From Candidatus Minusculum obligatum (GTDB lineage Bacteria > Patescibacteriota > Minisyncoccia > Phycocordibacterales > Phycocordibacteraceae), in the NCBI GenBank assembly GCA_045401155.1, contig CP174360.1, positions 310,769 through 374,768 on the forward strand: a stretch of DNA of 64,000 nt. The letters are read 5' to 3'. Shown here one piece after another: positions 21,091-30,390 of this stretch. The stretch's first letter is position 1. Each line of letters starts with the position of its first letter. The notes under the pieces are model-generated. The model searched no databases. It had not been told where the DNA came from and worked only from the letters and a program-made list of their open reading frames with translations. The translations under genes were made by a program, and so were the position numbers.

Positions 21091-21655
21091 ATAGAGAGAT
21101 ATTTATCTCAGCTCCTTTTCTAAGTTCCTGGATTACGGTTCCAAGGTACTGCTGCATTTTTTGTTGCCCAAGCTCCATTTTGATTTGCTCCTTAATTTTA
21201 TCGAACTCAGGAACTCCTTCTTTGTCTTTTAGGTGTGCATCGTAAAGCTTTTGTGCCTCCTCATCTGTTGCAGTAAGATCTTGTCCTTCAAAGATTTCTT
21301 TGTAGTACTGATCAATAGTTCGCTGTCGAGAAATCGTATTTTTAAGACTTTCTTCAGTCAGGCTCATTGCTTCAAGTTGCTTCTTGAATGTATCTGCATC
21401 AGGGAATTTTGCTACGATTGCATCAAATTCTTTCTCTACATCCTCGTCTTTTACGTCGTATCCCTTATCCTTTGCTGCGGCAAAAATAAGGGCGTCGTTT
21501 ACAAGTTGCTGGGCAACCATCTCCTCAAACTTTTTATAAGATTCCTCATCAGTTTTCTCTGGTGTTGGAATATTTGGATTCTGTGATAGTTGTGCAATTT
21601 GAGCATCAAGCTCCTCTCTTGTAATTTCTGTTCCGTTTACGGTTGCAATAGTCAT
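21089..21655 (-). CDS. SurA N-terminal domain (PrsA-like chaperone) protein
   Basis: IATVNGTEIT...QQLVNDALI...LRKGAEI; no PPIase core. Confidence 0.8.
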   Translation of the reverse strand: MTIATVNGTEITREELDAQIAQLSQNPNIPTPEKTDEESYKKFEEMVAQQLVNDALIFAAAKDKGYDVKDEDVEKEFDAIVAKFPDADTFKKQLEAMSLTEESLKNTISRQRTIDQYYKEIFEGQDLTATDEEAQKLYDAHLKDKEGVPEFDKIKEQIKMELGQQKMQQYLGTVIQELRKGAEINISL

Positions 21656-21725
21656 AGTTTGGACAGGCTATCATGTATAGGATTTCGTGCAATTAAGATT
21701 CTTTTTGATGCTACAATTTTTTTAT

Positions 21726-22271
21726 ATGAAACAAATCGCAATTCTAATAGGAGCACTCATTATTATAGGTGGAGGCATTTGGCTTTTCTCTGGAGAGAAA
21801 AAAGAAGAAGTTACTGAGGAGGTGCAAGAAGAAGAGGTGGTAGAAGAGGAAGAAGTAACTGGAGTATTTATTCCAGGAGAAGAGGAGGAAAAGAAATCTT
21901 TCCCAGATTCTTGGGGACAATATGCAAGTGCGGTTAATAAGGAGGGGTGGTACTTTACGGTTCGACACCCACAGGGTACTGCAGTGAATCGTCTTGATGA
22001 TGATTCACACGTTATCTCTCACATAGGCTGGAATATCTCAGTACAGTTTGACGGAGGGGGTGGATTTAACGTAGAAGATATTGTTGGAGAGGTTGAGCAG
22101 ACAGATTTCAATGGGTATGCAGCACTCTCATATATGGTAGACGGAGAAAATAAACTTCTCTTTGGTCTTGGGTCTCGAGCGCCCGTGGTTGAAGTTGCGT
22201 ATACGACAGGGGAAAATTACACAGAAGTTGTAAGCCTAATACTAAGTTCACTCGTGTTTAAGGAAGGGTAA
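21726..22271 (+). CDS. Hypothetical membrane-anchored protein
   Basis: N-terminal TM helix, acidic linker. Confidence 0.7.
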   Translation: MKQIAILIGALIIIGGGIWLFSGEKKEEVTEEVQEEEVVEEEEVTGVFIPGEEEEKKSFPDSWGQYASAVNKEGWYFTVRHPQGTAVNRLDDDSHVISHIGWNISVQFDGGGGFNVEDIVGEVEQTDFNGYAALSYMVDGENKLLFGLGSRAPVVEVAYTTGENYTEVVSLILSSLVFKEG

Positions 22272-22294
22272 TCGAGGCGTGATACTATGCCTGC

Positions 22295-23941
22295 ATGAGA
22301 CAGGCAGATGCTCTCAATATTCTAAAGGCGGGAAGAAATGTATACCTTACGGGAGCCGCGGGGAGCGGTAAGACGTATGTGTTAAATCAATATATTTCAT
22401 ATCTAAAGGATAGAGGTATTTCTGTTGCAATTACTGCCTCTACAGGTATTGCGGCAACACATATAGGAGGAGTCACTATTCATTCTTGGAGTGGCATGGG
22501 TATAAAAGAGACGTTGTCTGAGGCTGATATAGATCAGATGGTGCAAAAAGAGCATCTTTTTAAGCGATACGAAAAAACGAAGGTGCTTATAATTGATGAA
22601 GTGTCGATGATGCATCCGGAAATGTTTGATGCACTCGATCGGTTGGCTCGCGCAATGAAAATGGTAGATGCGCCGTTTGGAGGTATACAGATCGTACTCT
22701 CGGGTGACTTTTTTCAGTTACCACCTGTTACCAAAAATGCTCGGGCTCGGTATATAGATAGTTCTCGTGCTTGGAAGACTATGAATGTCAAGGTCTGTTA
22801 CTTAGAGGAGCAGCATCGCCAAGAGAGTGGATCTTTGGGGAATATCTTATCTGAGATTAGGGATGGAGAGATTTCATATAGTAGCCAAGAGATATTTGAG
22901 GAACTTTTAGAAAATAAACAGAGATTAAATGGTGAGCCGACACGTTTGTATACACATAATGCAGATGTTGATGCGATAAATGAAAAGGAGCTTGAGAAGC
23001 TTCCGGGAGAACTTCATTCATATGAAATGGATTCAAGTGGGAAGGCAAATTTGGTTACGGGGTTGTCTAAGAGTATTTTGGCGCCGCAGTATTTAAACCT
23101 TAAAAAAGATGCAATTGTGATGTTTGTAAAAAACTCTTTTGAAGAAGGATATGTAAATGGCACGTTAGGAAAAGTAATAGATTTTGAAGATGGACTTCCC
23201 GTTGTTGAGACATATGAGGGAAAGAAAATAACTGTGACCATTGCAAAGTGGGAGATAGAGGATGAAGGAAAGATACTAGCGTCTGTGTCACAGCTCCCTA
23301 TACGTCTTGCCTGGGCTATTACGATTCACAAAAGTCAGGGCATGAGCCTTGACGCAGCTGAAGTAGATCTTTCAAAGTCATTTGTGCCAGGGCAAGGGTA
23401 CGTAGCACTTTCTCGATTGCGTAGTATAGAAGGGCTTACGCTTCTTGGGCTTAACCGCATGGCGCTTCAAGTGGACCCTCATGTTATTGAGCTTAATAAG
23501 TGGCTTCAGTCAGAGTCTTCAAAATGGCGTAAGAGAATAGAATCTTTTTCAAAAGAAGAGTTTAAAAAAATGCATGAAGAGTTTGTGGAGTGCTGTGAAG
23601 GCACAAATGACGAAAAAGAAATTGCAAAAAATCAGGCAGTAAAGGAGGTAGGCGTACTTGAGGATATTGTTCCATCACATCACAAGACACGCATCCTTTT
23701 AGATGAAGAGATGAGTTTAGAAGATATGGCAAAAGAACGAAAAGTTACAAAAGCAACCATCATTTCTCATTTAGAAAAGTTACAAAGCGAAGGAGAAGGT
23801 GATTTTGCGTATTTAAAACCAAAGAATCTCGCTGCAATGAAGAAAGGCTTTTCAAAGGAGAAAAAGCTTTCAGATGCGCATAAAAAGTTAAAAGGGAAGT
23901 ATACGTATGAAGAGTTGCGTTTAGCTAGGTTATTTTTGTAA
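22295..23941 (+). CDS. PIF1-family helicase with C-terminal HTH
   Basis: TGAAGSGKT, IIDEVSM, PFGGIQ, GDFFQLPPV, QLPIRLAWAITIHKSQGMSLD, GQGYVALSR. Confidence 0.92.
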   Translation: MRQADALNILKAGRNVYLTGAAGSGKTYVLNQYISYLKDRGISVAITASTGIAATHIGGVTIHSWSGMGIKETLSEADIDQMVQKEHLFKRYEKTKVLIIDEVSMMHPEMFDALDRLARAMKMVDAPFGGIQIVLSGDFFQLPPVTKNARARYIDSSRAWKTMNVKVCYLEEQHRQESGSLGNILSEIRDGEISYSSQEIFEELLENKQRLNGEPTRLYTHNADVDAINEKELEKLPGELHSYEMDSSGKANLVTGLSKSILAPQYLNLKKDAIVMFVKNSFEEGYVNGTLGKVIDFEDGLPVVETYEGKKITVTIAKWEIEDEGKILASVSQLPIRLAWAITIHKSQGMSLDAAEVDLSKSFVPGQGYVALSRLRSIEGLTLLGLNRMALQVDPHVIELNKWLQSESSKWRKRIESFSKEEFKKMHEEFVECCEGTNDEKEIAKNQAVKEVGVLEDIVPSHHKTRILLDEEMSLEDMAKERKVTKATIISHLEKLQSEGEGDFAYLKPKNLAAMKKGFSKEKKLSDAHKKLKGKYTYEELRLARLFL

Positions 23942-23975
23942 TAATTTTATAGAGACAGTATAGGTAAGATATACT

Positions 23976-25148
23976 ATGCAGATGGAAGAGTTCTATCCAT
24001 TTTTTCTAATTATTTTTGTCGGAGTATTTTTTTCTATGGTGTTCCGGCGAATGCATGTGCCGTGGGTAGTAGGTCTTATTCTAGGAGGTTTGTTTGTAGG
24101 GCCTACAGTTTTAGGGCTTGTAGGGCCCACACCGGCTGCGAGTTTTATTGCACAGATTGGTTTGATGTTCTTAATGTTTATCGCCGGTCTTGAGGCACGC
24201 CCATCAAACTTTAAAGATTTTCAATTTAAGTTATTTACGCTCGCTCTTATTAATGGCCTTGTCCCATTTGCAATAGGATTTGGTCTGACGCTGTATTTTG
24301 GGTACGACATAATTGCAGCGCTTCTTGTTGGCATTATCTTTATTTCTTCTTCTATCGCTATTGTTATACCTGCACTTGAGCGCACTGGTCTTATTCACAC
24401 GCGGTTGGGGCAGTCAGTGATTATGACAAGTGTGATTCAGGATATTGGAAGTCTTATTTTGCTCTCAATTGTTCTTCAGAACATTGATCCAGTTACAACA
24501 CTACCGCTATACATCTTTTACCCGCTTGTATTTGCTGCACTCATTGTATTTCGATTACTTATCCCTGCAGTCCATAAACTTCTTACGCTTGGTATTGATA
24601 GATCAAAGGATGTGTTTCAACAAGATTTTCGAGTGGCGTTTCTTATTCTTTTGGGGACGGTGATTGTGTTTGAGTTTCTTGGACTACACTCTATTGTTGC
24701 TGCATTCTTTGCAGGATTTGTTCTCTCTGGAGCACTTAAGGATAGTGGATGTAAGCTTCGAGAAAATATTCATACGGTAAGTTATGGAGTATTTATCCCC
24801 GCGTTCTTTATTTTGGTTGGGATAGAGACCGATATATCTATTTTGGCAACAAGTGAAAAGGCTCTTATTCTAGCTGGGGCACTTATTGCGGGCTCTGTTC
24901 TTTCCAAGTTTATAAGTGGATGGGTCGGCGCACGCATGGTTGGATTTACTGGAAACCAATCTTTGTTGTTTGCTGTTTCTTCTATCCCACAGCTTTCTAC
25001 GACGCTTGCTGTTGCGTTTACTGCTCTATCGTTGGGAATTATTGATGAGTCTCTTCTTGCTGCAATGGTGGCACTAAGTATTTTGACGGTTGTTGTGAGT
25101 CCTACACTTATGCGTCTTTTTGAGAAAAAGATTCATGATGCAGTGTAG
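23976..25148 (+). CDS. Cation:proton antiporter (CPA2)
   Basis: GLMFLMFIAGLE, SSSIAIV, VIQDI, AFFAG, FIPAFF. Confidence 0.88.
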   Translation: MQMEEFYPFFLIIFVGVFFSMVFRRMHVPWVVGLILGGLFVGPTVLGLVGPTPAASFIAQIGLMFLMFIAGLEARPSNFKDFQFKLFTLALINGLVPFAIGFGLTLYFGYDIIAALLVGIIFISSSIAIVIPALERTGLIHTRLGQSVIMTSVIQDIGSLILLSIVLQNIDPVTTLPLYIFYPLVFAALIVFRLLIPAVHKLLTLGIDRSKDVFQQDFRVAFLILLGTVIVFEFLGLHSIVAAFFAGFVLSGALKDSGCKLRENIHTVSYGVFIPAFFILVGIETDISILATSEKALILAGALIAGSVLSKFISGWVGARMVGFTGNQSLLFAVSSIPQLSTTLAVAFTALSLGIIDESLLAAMVALSILTVVVSPTLMRLFEKKIHDAV

Positions 25149-25157
25149 TTGTTTGGA

Positions 25158-25224
25158 GTATTAAAAAACATCTTTCTATATAAGGCTATCTTTGCTTGCT
25201 CCGTATGGTGCGAGATGTTCGAAC
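25158..25224 (+). repeat. att-like site 1 (degenerate, distal end of island)
   Basis: GTATTAAAAAA...ATAAGGCTATCTTTGCTTGCTCCGTATGGTGCGAGATGTTCGAAC, homologous to 26234-26300. Confidence 0.8.
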
Positions 25225-26192
25225 TATTCCATTTCAGACTTAATTTTTCTCAACCTATCAGTAAGGGAGTCCCATTGCCTGCGAAGTAGTGGGGCAGGGG
25301 CACCTGAGCCGTAATTAACTGAGTCTGCAAGTGCTTGAGCGTATTCATCTCGCTTACCAGCAAAGAAACGTTTGCTTGGGTTAAAGCTTTCAACTATTTC
25401 AAAATCAACGAAATGAGGCCACCTTCTCTTGTTGATAGGAATGTTTCCATCTTCAAAGAAAGTTCCTTTTTCTCCTTCAAGAATCATGTAATAGGGTTCC
25501 TTTATTTTTGTCAGATACCATGCAGAAACATCTAGAGGGAGTTTTGGGTTTGCGCTTACTCCCATTCCTTCTTTTGCATACCCAAGTATAAATAGACAGT
25601 AGTCTCCTTGTTGAATATCAAGAATATTTCTTAGGGCTTTTTCATTCTGCGTGTATGCCCAGAATGGTGAGTTCGGAGATGCTGTCAACATTCGCTCGAA
25701 GTTTTTATGAGATGTTCCTCGTAGAAACACAATCCAATATTGTGAAGAAGAAGAAAGGTCTTTGCTTTTTGCCTGATAAATAAGAGATTCTCGGGCAAGT
25801 TTTGAAACATTCTCCTGCATCCATGAAGTAAAGTCATCCTCATTAATAGTTACGTGAGGAACTAGTCCGTCGTTTTCTTTTTCACCAAACGACACAAGAA
25901 AACCTTCATTTTCTTGCAAATAAGAGAGTTGATTGTTCTTTGTTAAATCCTTTGCTGACCATTTTACTTCAACAGGAATGCCGCGATCGTAGTCTTTAAA
26001 GTAGATTGTGAGATCTGCTCTATAACCTGACTCTTTGTGAGTTTCTTCTGGTGCTATTAGATTTATCTTCTTACCATGAAATTTTTCAGGCAAAAGACCG
26101 TCTCTTACTTTTTTAGTTCCAAAATAATAACGTTCGAATAAGTATCGATGAATCAGTTTTTCATTGAAAGCATTCCTATTAATTTTTTTCAT
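25224..26192 (-). CDS. Putative PD-(D/E)XK endonuclease with C-terminal EVE-like domain
   Basis: E...RADLTI...PVEVKW; C-terminal YWIV...FWAY...IQQGDYCLF. Confidence 0.6.
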   Translation of the reverse strand: MKKINRNAFNEKLIHRYLFERYYFGTKKVRDGLLPEKFHGKKINLIAPEETHKESGYRADLTIYFKDYDRGIPVEVKWSAKDLTKNNQLSYLQENEGFLVSFGEKENDGLVPHVTINEDDFTSWMQENVSKLARESLIYQAKSKDLSSSSQYWIVFLRGTSHKNFERMLTASPNSPFWAYTQNEKALRNILDIQQGDYCLFILGYAKEGMGVSANPKLPLDVSAWYLTKIKEPYYMILEGEKGTFFEDGNIPINKRRWPHFVDFEIVESFNPSKRFFAGKRDEYAQALADSVNYGSGAPAPLLRRQWDSLTDRLRKIKSEME

Positions 26193-26212
26193 TTATTCCG
26201 ATTGTACCAAAA

Positions 26213-26300
26213 GGTTCGAACTCCTGCTCAGGGTATCAAAAAAGAGCCCTAAAAATAAGGCTCTTTTTGCTGGCTCCGTGTGGTGCGAGATGCTCGAACC
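26213..26300. repeat. 88-bp imperfect palindrome containing att core 2
   Basis: GGTTCGA...AAAAAGAGCC-loop-GGCTCTTTTT...GGCTCCG(26272-26278)...TCGAACC. Confidence 0.85.
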
Positions 26301-26825
26301 TTAGTTGGGTAGTTTTTCAATAATCTCCGCGACCACATCATCTGATGGTTTGTTTGTGTGTATGGTGATGTTACCGTATTTCTTATACTGCTCAAAACGT
26401 TCTAAGAATTTTTTCTTTTCCCTTTTCTTGTCTAGACCATTCCATCGTTTTAATTGTCTTTCTGCAATCATTTCTACGTCTTGTTCCGGATTAGGAGAAG
26501 GAAGGAAAAGTATAGAATAACCAGTAGCTAGAATCTCTTCATTTTGCTTTATAACTTCTGGTAAATGTGTATGAACAAGAAAGCCAGATGATGTGGCGAG
26601 TACGGCTGGTTCTGAGATAGTTTCGGAAAGAAGTTTGGTAAGTTCTGAATTTTTCTCACAGTACTTATCGTATCCTTTGGTATCTATATAAGTTCCTATG
26701 TTTTCAATTTGAGTACAAAATTCTGAATCTACATCTATAAACGTGTATCCAAGTTTTTGTGCAAGTAGATTCCCGATTGTTGTCTTACCAACGCTGGCTG
26801 GTCCGATAAGAAGAATTAGTTTCAT
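26301..26825 (-). CDS. Shikimate-kinase-like P-loop kinase, copy 1
   Basis: LIGPASVGKTT, FIDVDSEF, LATSSG. Confidence 0.8.
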   Translation of the reverse strand: MKLILLIGPASVGKTTIGNLLAQKLGYTFIDVDSEFCTQIENIGTYIDTKGYDKYCEKNSELTKLLSETISEPAVLATSSGFLVHTHLPEVIKQNEEILATGYSILFLPSPNPEQDVEMIAERQLKRWNGLDKKREKKKFLERFEQYKKYGNITIHTNKPSDDVVAEIIEKLPN

Positions 26826-26842
26826 TTTCTCTAGGATACCAA

Positions 26843-26931
26843 GGTTCGGAAATCCTCTACAGGGTATTAAAAAATAGCCCGTCAAATAAGGCTATTTTTG
26901 CTGGCTCCGTATATATGATGAAATCCGAATG
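26843..26931. repeat. ~89-bp imperfect palindrome containing att core 3
   Basis: GGTTCGGA...AAAAATAGCC-loop-GGCTATTTTT...GGCTCCG(26903-26909)...TCCGAATG. Confidence 0.85.
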
Positions 26932-27160
26932 TATTTCAGACGGAGTCTGAAATGAACGGCGAGAGCGCGTGGTACCTCGCACGTAAACCTCCGCAAGGTG
27001 ATTTCCTACTAGCTCCCGCACCCGCACGCCTCGCTGTACTCGCCGTGCACAAATAGAATCCTTCTTTGCACTTTTATCCTTTCCCGCGCCCCCATTTTTT
27101 GGGAAATAGGGAAAAGAAGTTTCTATTTGCCTTCTGCTTCGCGCAGAAGGGGTGCTTGTG
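26903..27160 (-). repeat. ~260-bp structured att-associated repeat, copy 1 (diverged middle)
   Basis: Homologous to 28360-28616, 30015-30268 and inverted 41077-41304. Confidence 0.95.
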
Positions 27161-27217
27161 CCTCGTATATAAAAGTGTTGCCCCACCTGGGAGGGTGGGG
27201 CAAGACGCTTCTCGTTA

Positions 27218-27427
27218 TCACGCACTTTCAGTCTCCCGAACGTGTTCGTTCATGGGACAGTTCTCCCGATGAACCAAGTTGTTGTTTCGGTTCAGCGGGG
27301 GAACGTCGTGCGGATAGCCAAGATGTGTGGGTCCTGTGTCGATGCCGGTAGCGCTGCAGCACAAGCAGCGGTAGCTTGACGGCTCATCGACGATTGCAGA
27401 CCGTACAGGGACAGGGACGGTTTTCAT
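27218..27427 (-). CDS. Small hypothetical Cys/His-containing protein, GC-rich
   Basis: GGAG SD; CLCC...HRENC; followed by hairpin GCCCCACC...GGTGGGGC. Confidence 0.45.
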   Translation of the reverse strand: MKTVPVPVRSAIVDEPSSYRCLCCSATGIDTGPTHLGYPHDVPPLNRNNNLVHRENCPMNEHVRETESA

Positions 27428-27448
27428 ATTTTCTCTCCGATCCAGAGG

Positions 27449-27745
27449 TTATCGCTTGTCAGTTCTGATGCCGTGGCTTGCTCGACAGGTGAGAAAGCAT
27501 AGGTTTCGAACTGCATCTTCCGGTAGTCTGCTCCAGCCCGTGAAGACGATATCTTCTTCGTGAGCCTGAAACATTGCGAGAAATCCCTCGCCATCATCAC
27601 CGCGCCGTCTCCGCGCACGGTGTTTCCTGACGATAATTTCTCCGTATCTTCCATTGACCATCTTTCGAAGCCAACGTTGTCTGCGCCTATGGCTTTGGGG
27701 TTTCATCCCTGCGCCATGAGCGAGAGCAAGGAATACATCCGGCAT
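27449..27745 (-). CDS. Small hypothetical basic protein, GC-rich
   Basis: GGAGG SD before ATG; an alternative overlapping frame (27424-27654) exists. Confidence 0.45.
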   Translation of the reverse strand: MPDVFLALAHGAGMKPQSHRRRQRWLRKMVNGRYGEIIVRKHRARRRRGDDGEGFLAMFQAHEEDIVFTGWSRLPEDAVRNLCFLTCRASHGIRTDKR

Positions 27746-27800
27746 ATTGCCCTCCAGTTGGTGGTAAAAACTCTGTTTAGAAAGTAGTACAAATATTACC

Positions 27801-28313
27801 TCATGTCAATTTTTGGATGATTTCTTCAACTATGGTTTCTTTGTCTTTGCTTGGGTCAATTTGTATGTCTCCGTACTGTTTATATTTTGCATGTCTATCT
27901 AGAAACTTTTGTTTTTCTTTCTCAAAATCCAGATTCCACCGTTTTATCTGTCGAGCTGCTATTTGATCTGCAAATGATTCAGGAGGGAGTAGGAGTATAG
28001 ATACTCCATATTCTTTTAGAAGCTTTAAATGCTTTTGTACAAGATGTGGCGACTTCTCGTGTACAAGAAAACCTGAAGGAGTTGCAAAGATTATGTCTTT
28101 TGGATTTTCCTTTGTAAGTTTGAGAGCAAGTTCGGAGTTTGCTTCACAATAACTCTCATAACCATATTCTTTTAAATATTCTGATATTGGAGCAATTTGT
28201 GTACAGAATTCTTCGTCTATATCAATAAAGTTCTTATCAAGTCTCTTTGCGAGGCTGGTTCCAGCTGTTGTTTTTCCAACACTTGCAGGTCCGATCAGGA
28301 AGAGATTGTTCAT
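27801..28313 (-). CDS. Shikimate-kinase-like P-loop kinase, copy 2
   Basis: LIGPASVGKTT, FIDIDEEFCTQI, ATPSGFLVH; clear paralogue of 26301-26825. Confidence 0.8.
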   Translation of the reverse strand: MNNLFLIGPASVGKTTAGTSLAKRLDKNFIDIDEEFCTQIAPISEYLKEYGYESYCEANSELALKLTKENPKDIIFATPSGFLVHEKSPHLVQKHLKLLKEYGVSILLLPPESFADQIAARQIKRWNLDFEKEKQKFLDRHAKYKQYGDIQIDPSKDKETIVEEIIQKLT

Positions 28314-28359
28314 TAAAAAAAGTATAGCAAAACCTCCCAAAAGGAGGCCTGTACTGCCT

Positions 28360-28616
28360 GGCTCCGTATATATGATGAAATCCGAATGTATTTCAGACGG
28401 AGTCTGAAATGAACGGCGAGAGCCGGTGGTACATCAGACATACACCTCCGCGAGGTGATCTCCACATACTTTCCGCACCGCACGACTCGCTCCGCTCGCC
28501 GTGCACAAATAGAATCCTTCTTTGCACTTTTATCCTTTCCCGCGCCCCCATTTTTTGGGAAATAAGGAGAAAGAAGTCTCTATTTGCCTTCTGCTCCACA
28601 GAAGGGGTGCTTGTGC
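28360..28616 (-). repeat. att core 4 plus structured repeat copy 2
   Basis: GGCTCCGTATATATGATGAAATCCGAATG...GGTGCTTGTGC. Confidence 0.95.
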
Positions 28617-28852
28617 TTAATCTTAGATATAGATATTGCTTATATTAATGCGGTTAATTTAGATAAAGCTCTCAAGTTTGGTTTGAAATGGGAACTTGAT
28701 TATAAGAGATTTTATACTTAGCTTAGTGATAAGTATAAAATTGAACAAACACACCTTTTTATTTGGCTATGGCAGAGTACTTTTACACATCAAGCCTTAC
28801 TGCAGAGAAAGCGGAAATGGTGTAGGGAAGTAAGTTGCTGTTACAGGAACAG

Positions 28853-29821
28853 TTATTCGTCATCTCCATCCTCATCCTCTTGCTCGTCTTCATCCTCATC
28901 TTCTGTTTCGTTATCTTCATCGTCCTTATTATCTTCATTTTCCTCATCCCCGTTCTCCAGTTCTTCTTCAAGCTTCTCTACAGTTTCCTCAATATCTTCG
29001 AGCACCTCATCTGCTTGTTCTGCAAGGTTCTCTGCCTCTTTGTAGTCACCTGCATCAAATGCATTTTGTGCTTGTGAGATTAGGTTATTAAATTGGAAAA
29101 AAGCACTTACTGGAAGTGTTACACCATCTTTAGTTGCTTCGTCTATTATTTCTTGCTTTTCTTCTAGCGCTTCTTCAATCTCTCCCTCCGCTTCATCGCT
29201 ATCTTCCATCTCTTCTTCAAGTTTCTCTTCCTCGGCCTCTAACTCATCTTCGAGTTCCTCTTCTTTTAATTCCAAAAGCTCAAGTTGGGCTTTTACTTGT
29301 CCAAGTTCTTCCGCGATTATTTCTGCCTGTGTGGTGTCGCCAGCCTGATAGGCTTCTCGTAATGCTCGTTTAAGCTCATCCTCTTGTGTCTCAAGCATTT
29401 CTTCTTGTTCATCGAAACTCGCTTTTAGCGCGGATTTTGTTTCGTTATAATTATCGTCAAGTTCTTTGGCAAGCTTGCTTACATCTTTTCCTTTGCCTTT
29501 TTCCTTTACAACAATTTCCGCCGCATCACCAAGGTGTTTCTGTAATCGCGCTTCAGCAACTGCCAATCCTTCTGCTTCCACACCTTTTGTTTCCAACACA
29601 ATCTTAATTTCTGCTATTCGCTCGGCGGCAAAAGCTATTTGGAGGTGAGCCTTGCCTTCTTGGCTGAAAGTAAAGAACTCTTGAAGAGCTTCGCCTAATT
29701 TATCAACAAAGTAGAAAGGGTTTTCCGGTGTAAGTCCTGCGCTTGGTAGTGTCTGTTCATTTTGAGCAAAAGCTAAAAATGGAACAAAAAGTAGTGAAAG
29801 GATAATTGCTTTAATTTTCAT
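28853..29821 (-). CDS. Secreted DUF5667-domain protein with very acidic coiled-coil tail
   Basis: Signal peptide; AGLTPENPFYFVDKLGE...AAERIAE; D/E-rich C-terminus. Confidence 0.8.
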   Translation of the reverse strand: MKIKAIILSLLFVPFLAFAQNEQTLPSAGLTPENPFYFVDKLGEALQEFFTFSQEGKAHLQIAFAAERIAEIKIVLETKGVEAEGLAVAEARLQKHLGDAAEIVVKEKGKGKDVSKLAKELDDNYNETKSALKASFDEQEEMLETQEDELKRALREAYQAGDTTQAEIIAEELGQVKAQLELLELKEEELEDELEAEEEKLEEEMEDSDEAEGEIEEALEEKQEIIDEATKDGVTLPVSAFFQFNNLISQAQNAFDAGDYKEAENLAEQADEVLEDIEETVEKLEEELENGDEENEDNKDDEDNETEDEDEDEQEDEDGDDE

Positions 29822-29894
29822 TGTTATTGTATTAAAATTTAATAATTGTATGAATGGTAGACTAATTACAGTATATCACTAAGTCTATAGCTTA

Positions 29895-30021
29895 AATCTT
29901 GTTTTTTGGTGGACAAACGAGTGTCCTTTTTCTTCAAAACCCCCTGGGAAATCCTTGCAAATTTCCCCCTTCAGAATTTGGGAAATCTCCCAAAATCTGA
30001 ACTCTGTACTATCCGGCTCCG
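29895..30021 (+). pseudogene. Remnant of the 3' end of the serine recombinase gene (left arm of an attP-like site)
   Basis: Near-identical to ~42758-42882 (VDKRVSFFFKTPWEILANFPLQN...CTIRLR), continuing as IYDEIRMYFRRSLK*. Confidence 0.9.
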
Positions 30022-30268
30022 TATATATGATGAAATCCGAATGTATTTCAGACGGAGTCTGAAATGAACGGCGAGAGCCGGTGGTACATCAGACATACAC
30101 CTCCGCGAGGTGATCTCCACATACTTTCCGCACCGCACGACTCGCTCCGCTCGCCGTGCACAAATAGAATCCTTCTTTGCACTTTTATCCTTTCCCGCGC
30201 CCCCATTTTTTGGGAAACAAGGAGAAAGAAGTTTCTATTTGCCTTCTGCTTCGCAGAAGGGTGCTTGT
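30015..30268 (-). repeat. att core 5 plus structured repeat copy 3
   Basis: Nearly identical to copy 2. Confidence 0.95.
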
Positions 30269-30390
30269 ACCTCCAGGTATGTGTCTACTTCCTCTAGAGA
30301 AGCAAAATGCACTTTCCAGAGCCTCTAGCGAGGCTTCCAAACGCTTCAATTACACCAATTGAAGCGTTTGAGGGGAAAGTGCGTTAGAAG

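Noticed and set aside
26213-26300. Additional tRNA genes suggested by GGTTCGAA motifs (also 25217, 26843)
   Set aside because: No D-arm, anticodon arm or 5' acceptor strand; only 3'-end-like fragments.
27424-27654. Alternative 76-aa frame overlapping 27449-27745
   Set aside because: Lacks an SD, whereas the 27745 start has GGAGG; not fully excluded.
28409-28648. Repeated ORF MNGESRWYIRHTPP... (also 30064-30297, 41007-41255) and other ORFs inside the 260-bp repeat
   Set aside because: Identity comes from the DNA repeat; the frame breaks in copy 1, C-termini differ between copies, and the conserved feature is base pairing.
28853-28960. Low-complexity TCATC/TCTTC repeats
   Set aside because: Explained by the Asp/Glu-rich tail of the DUF5667 protein.
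25158-30268. CRISPR array
   Set aside because: Repeats are 90-260 bp, spacing is 0.6-1.7 kb with whole genes between them, and no cas genes are present.
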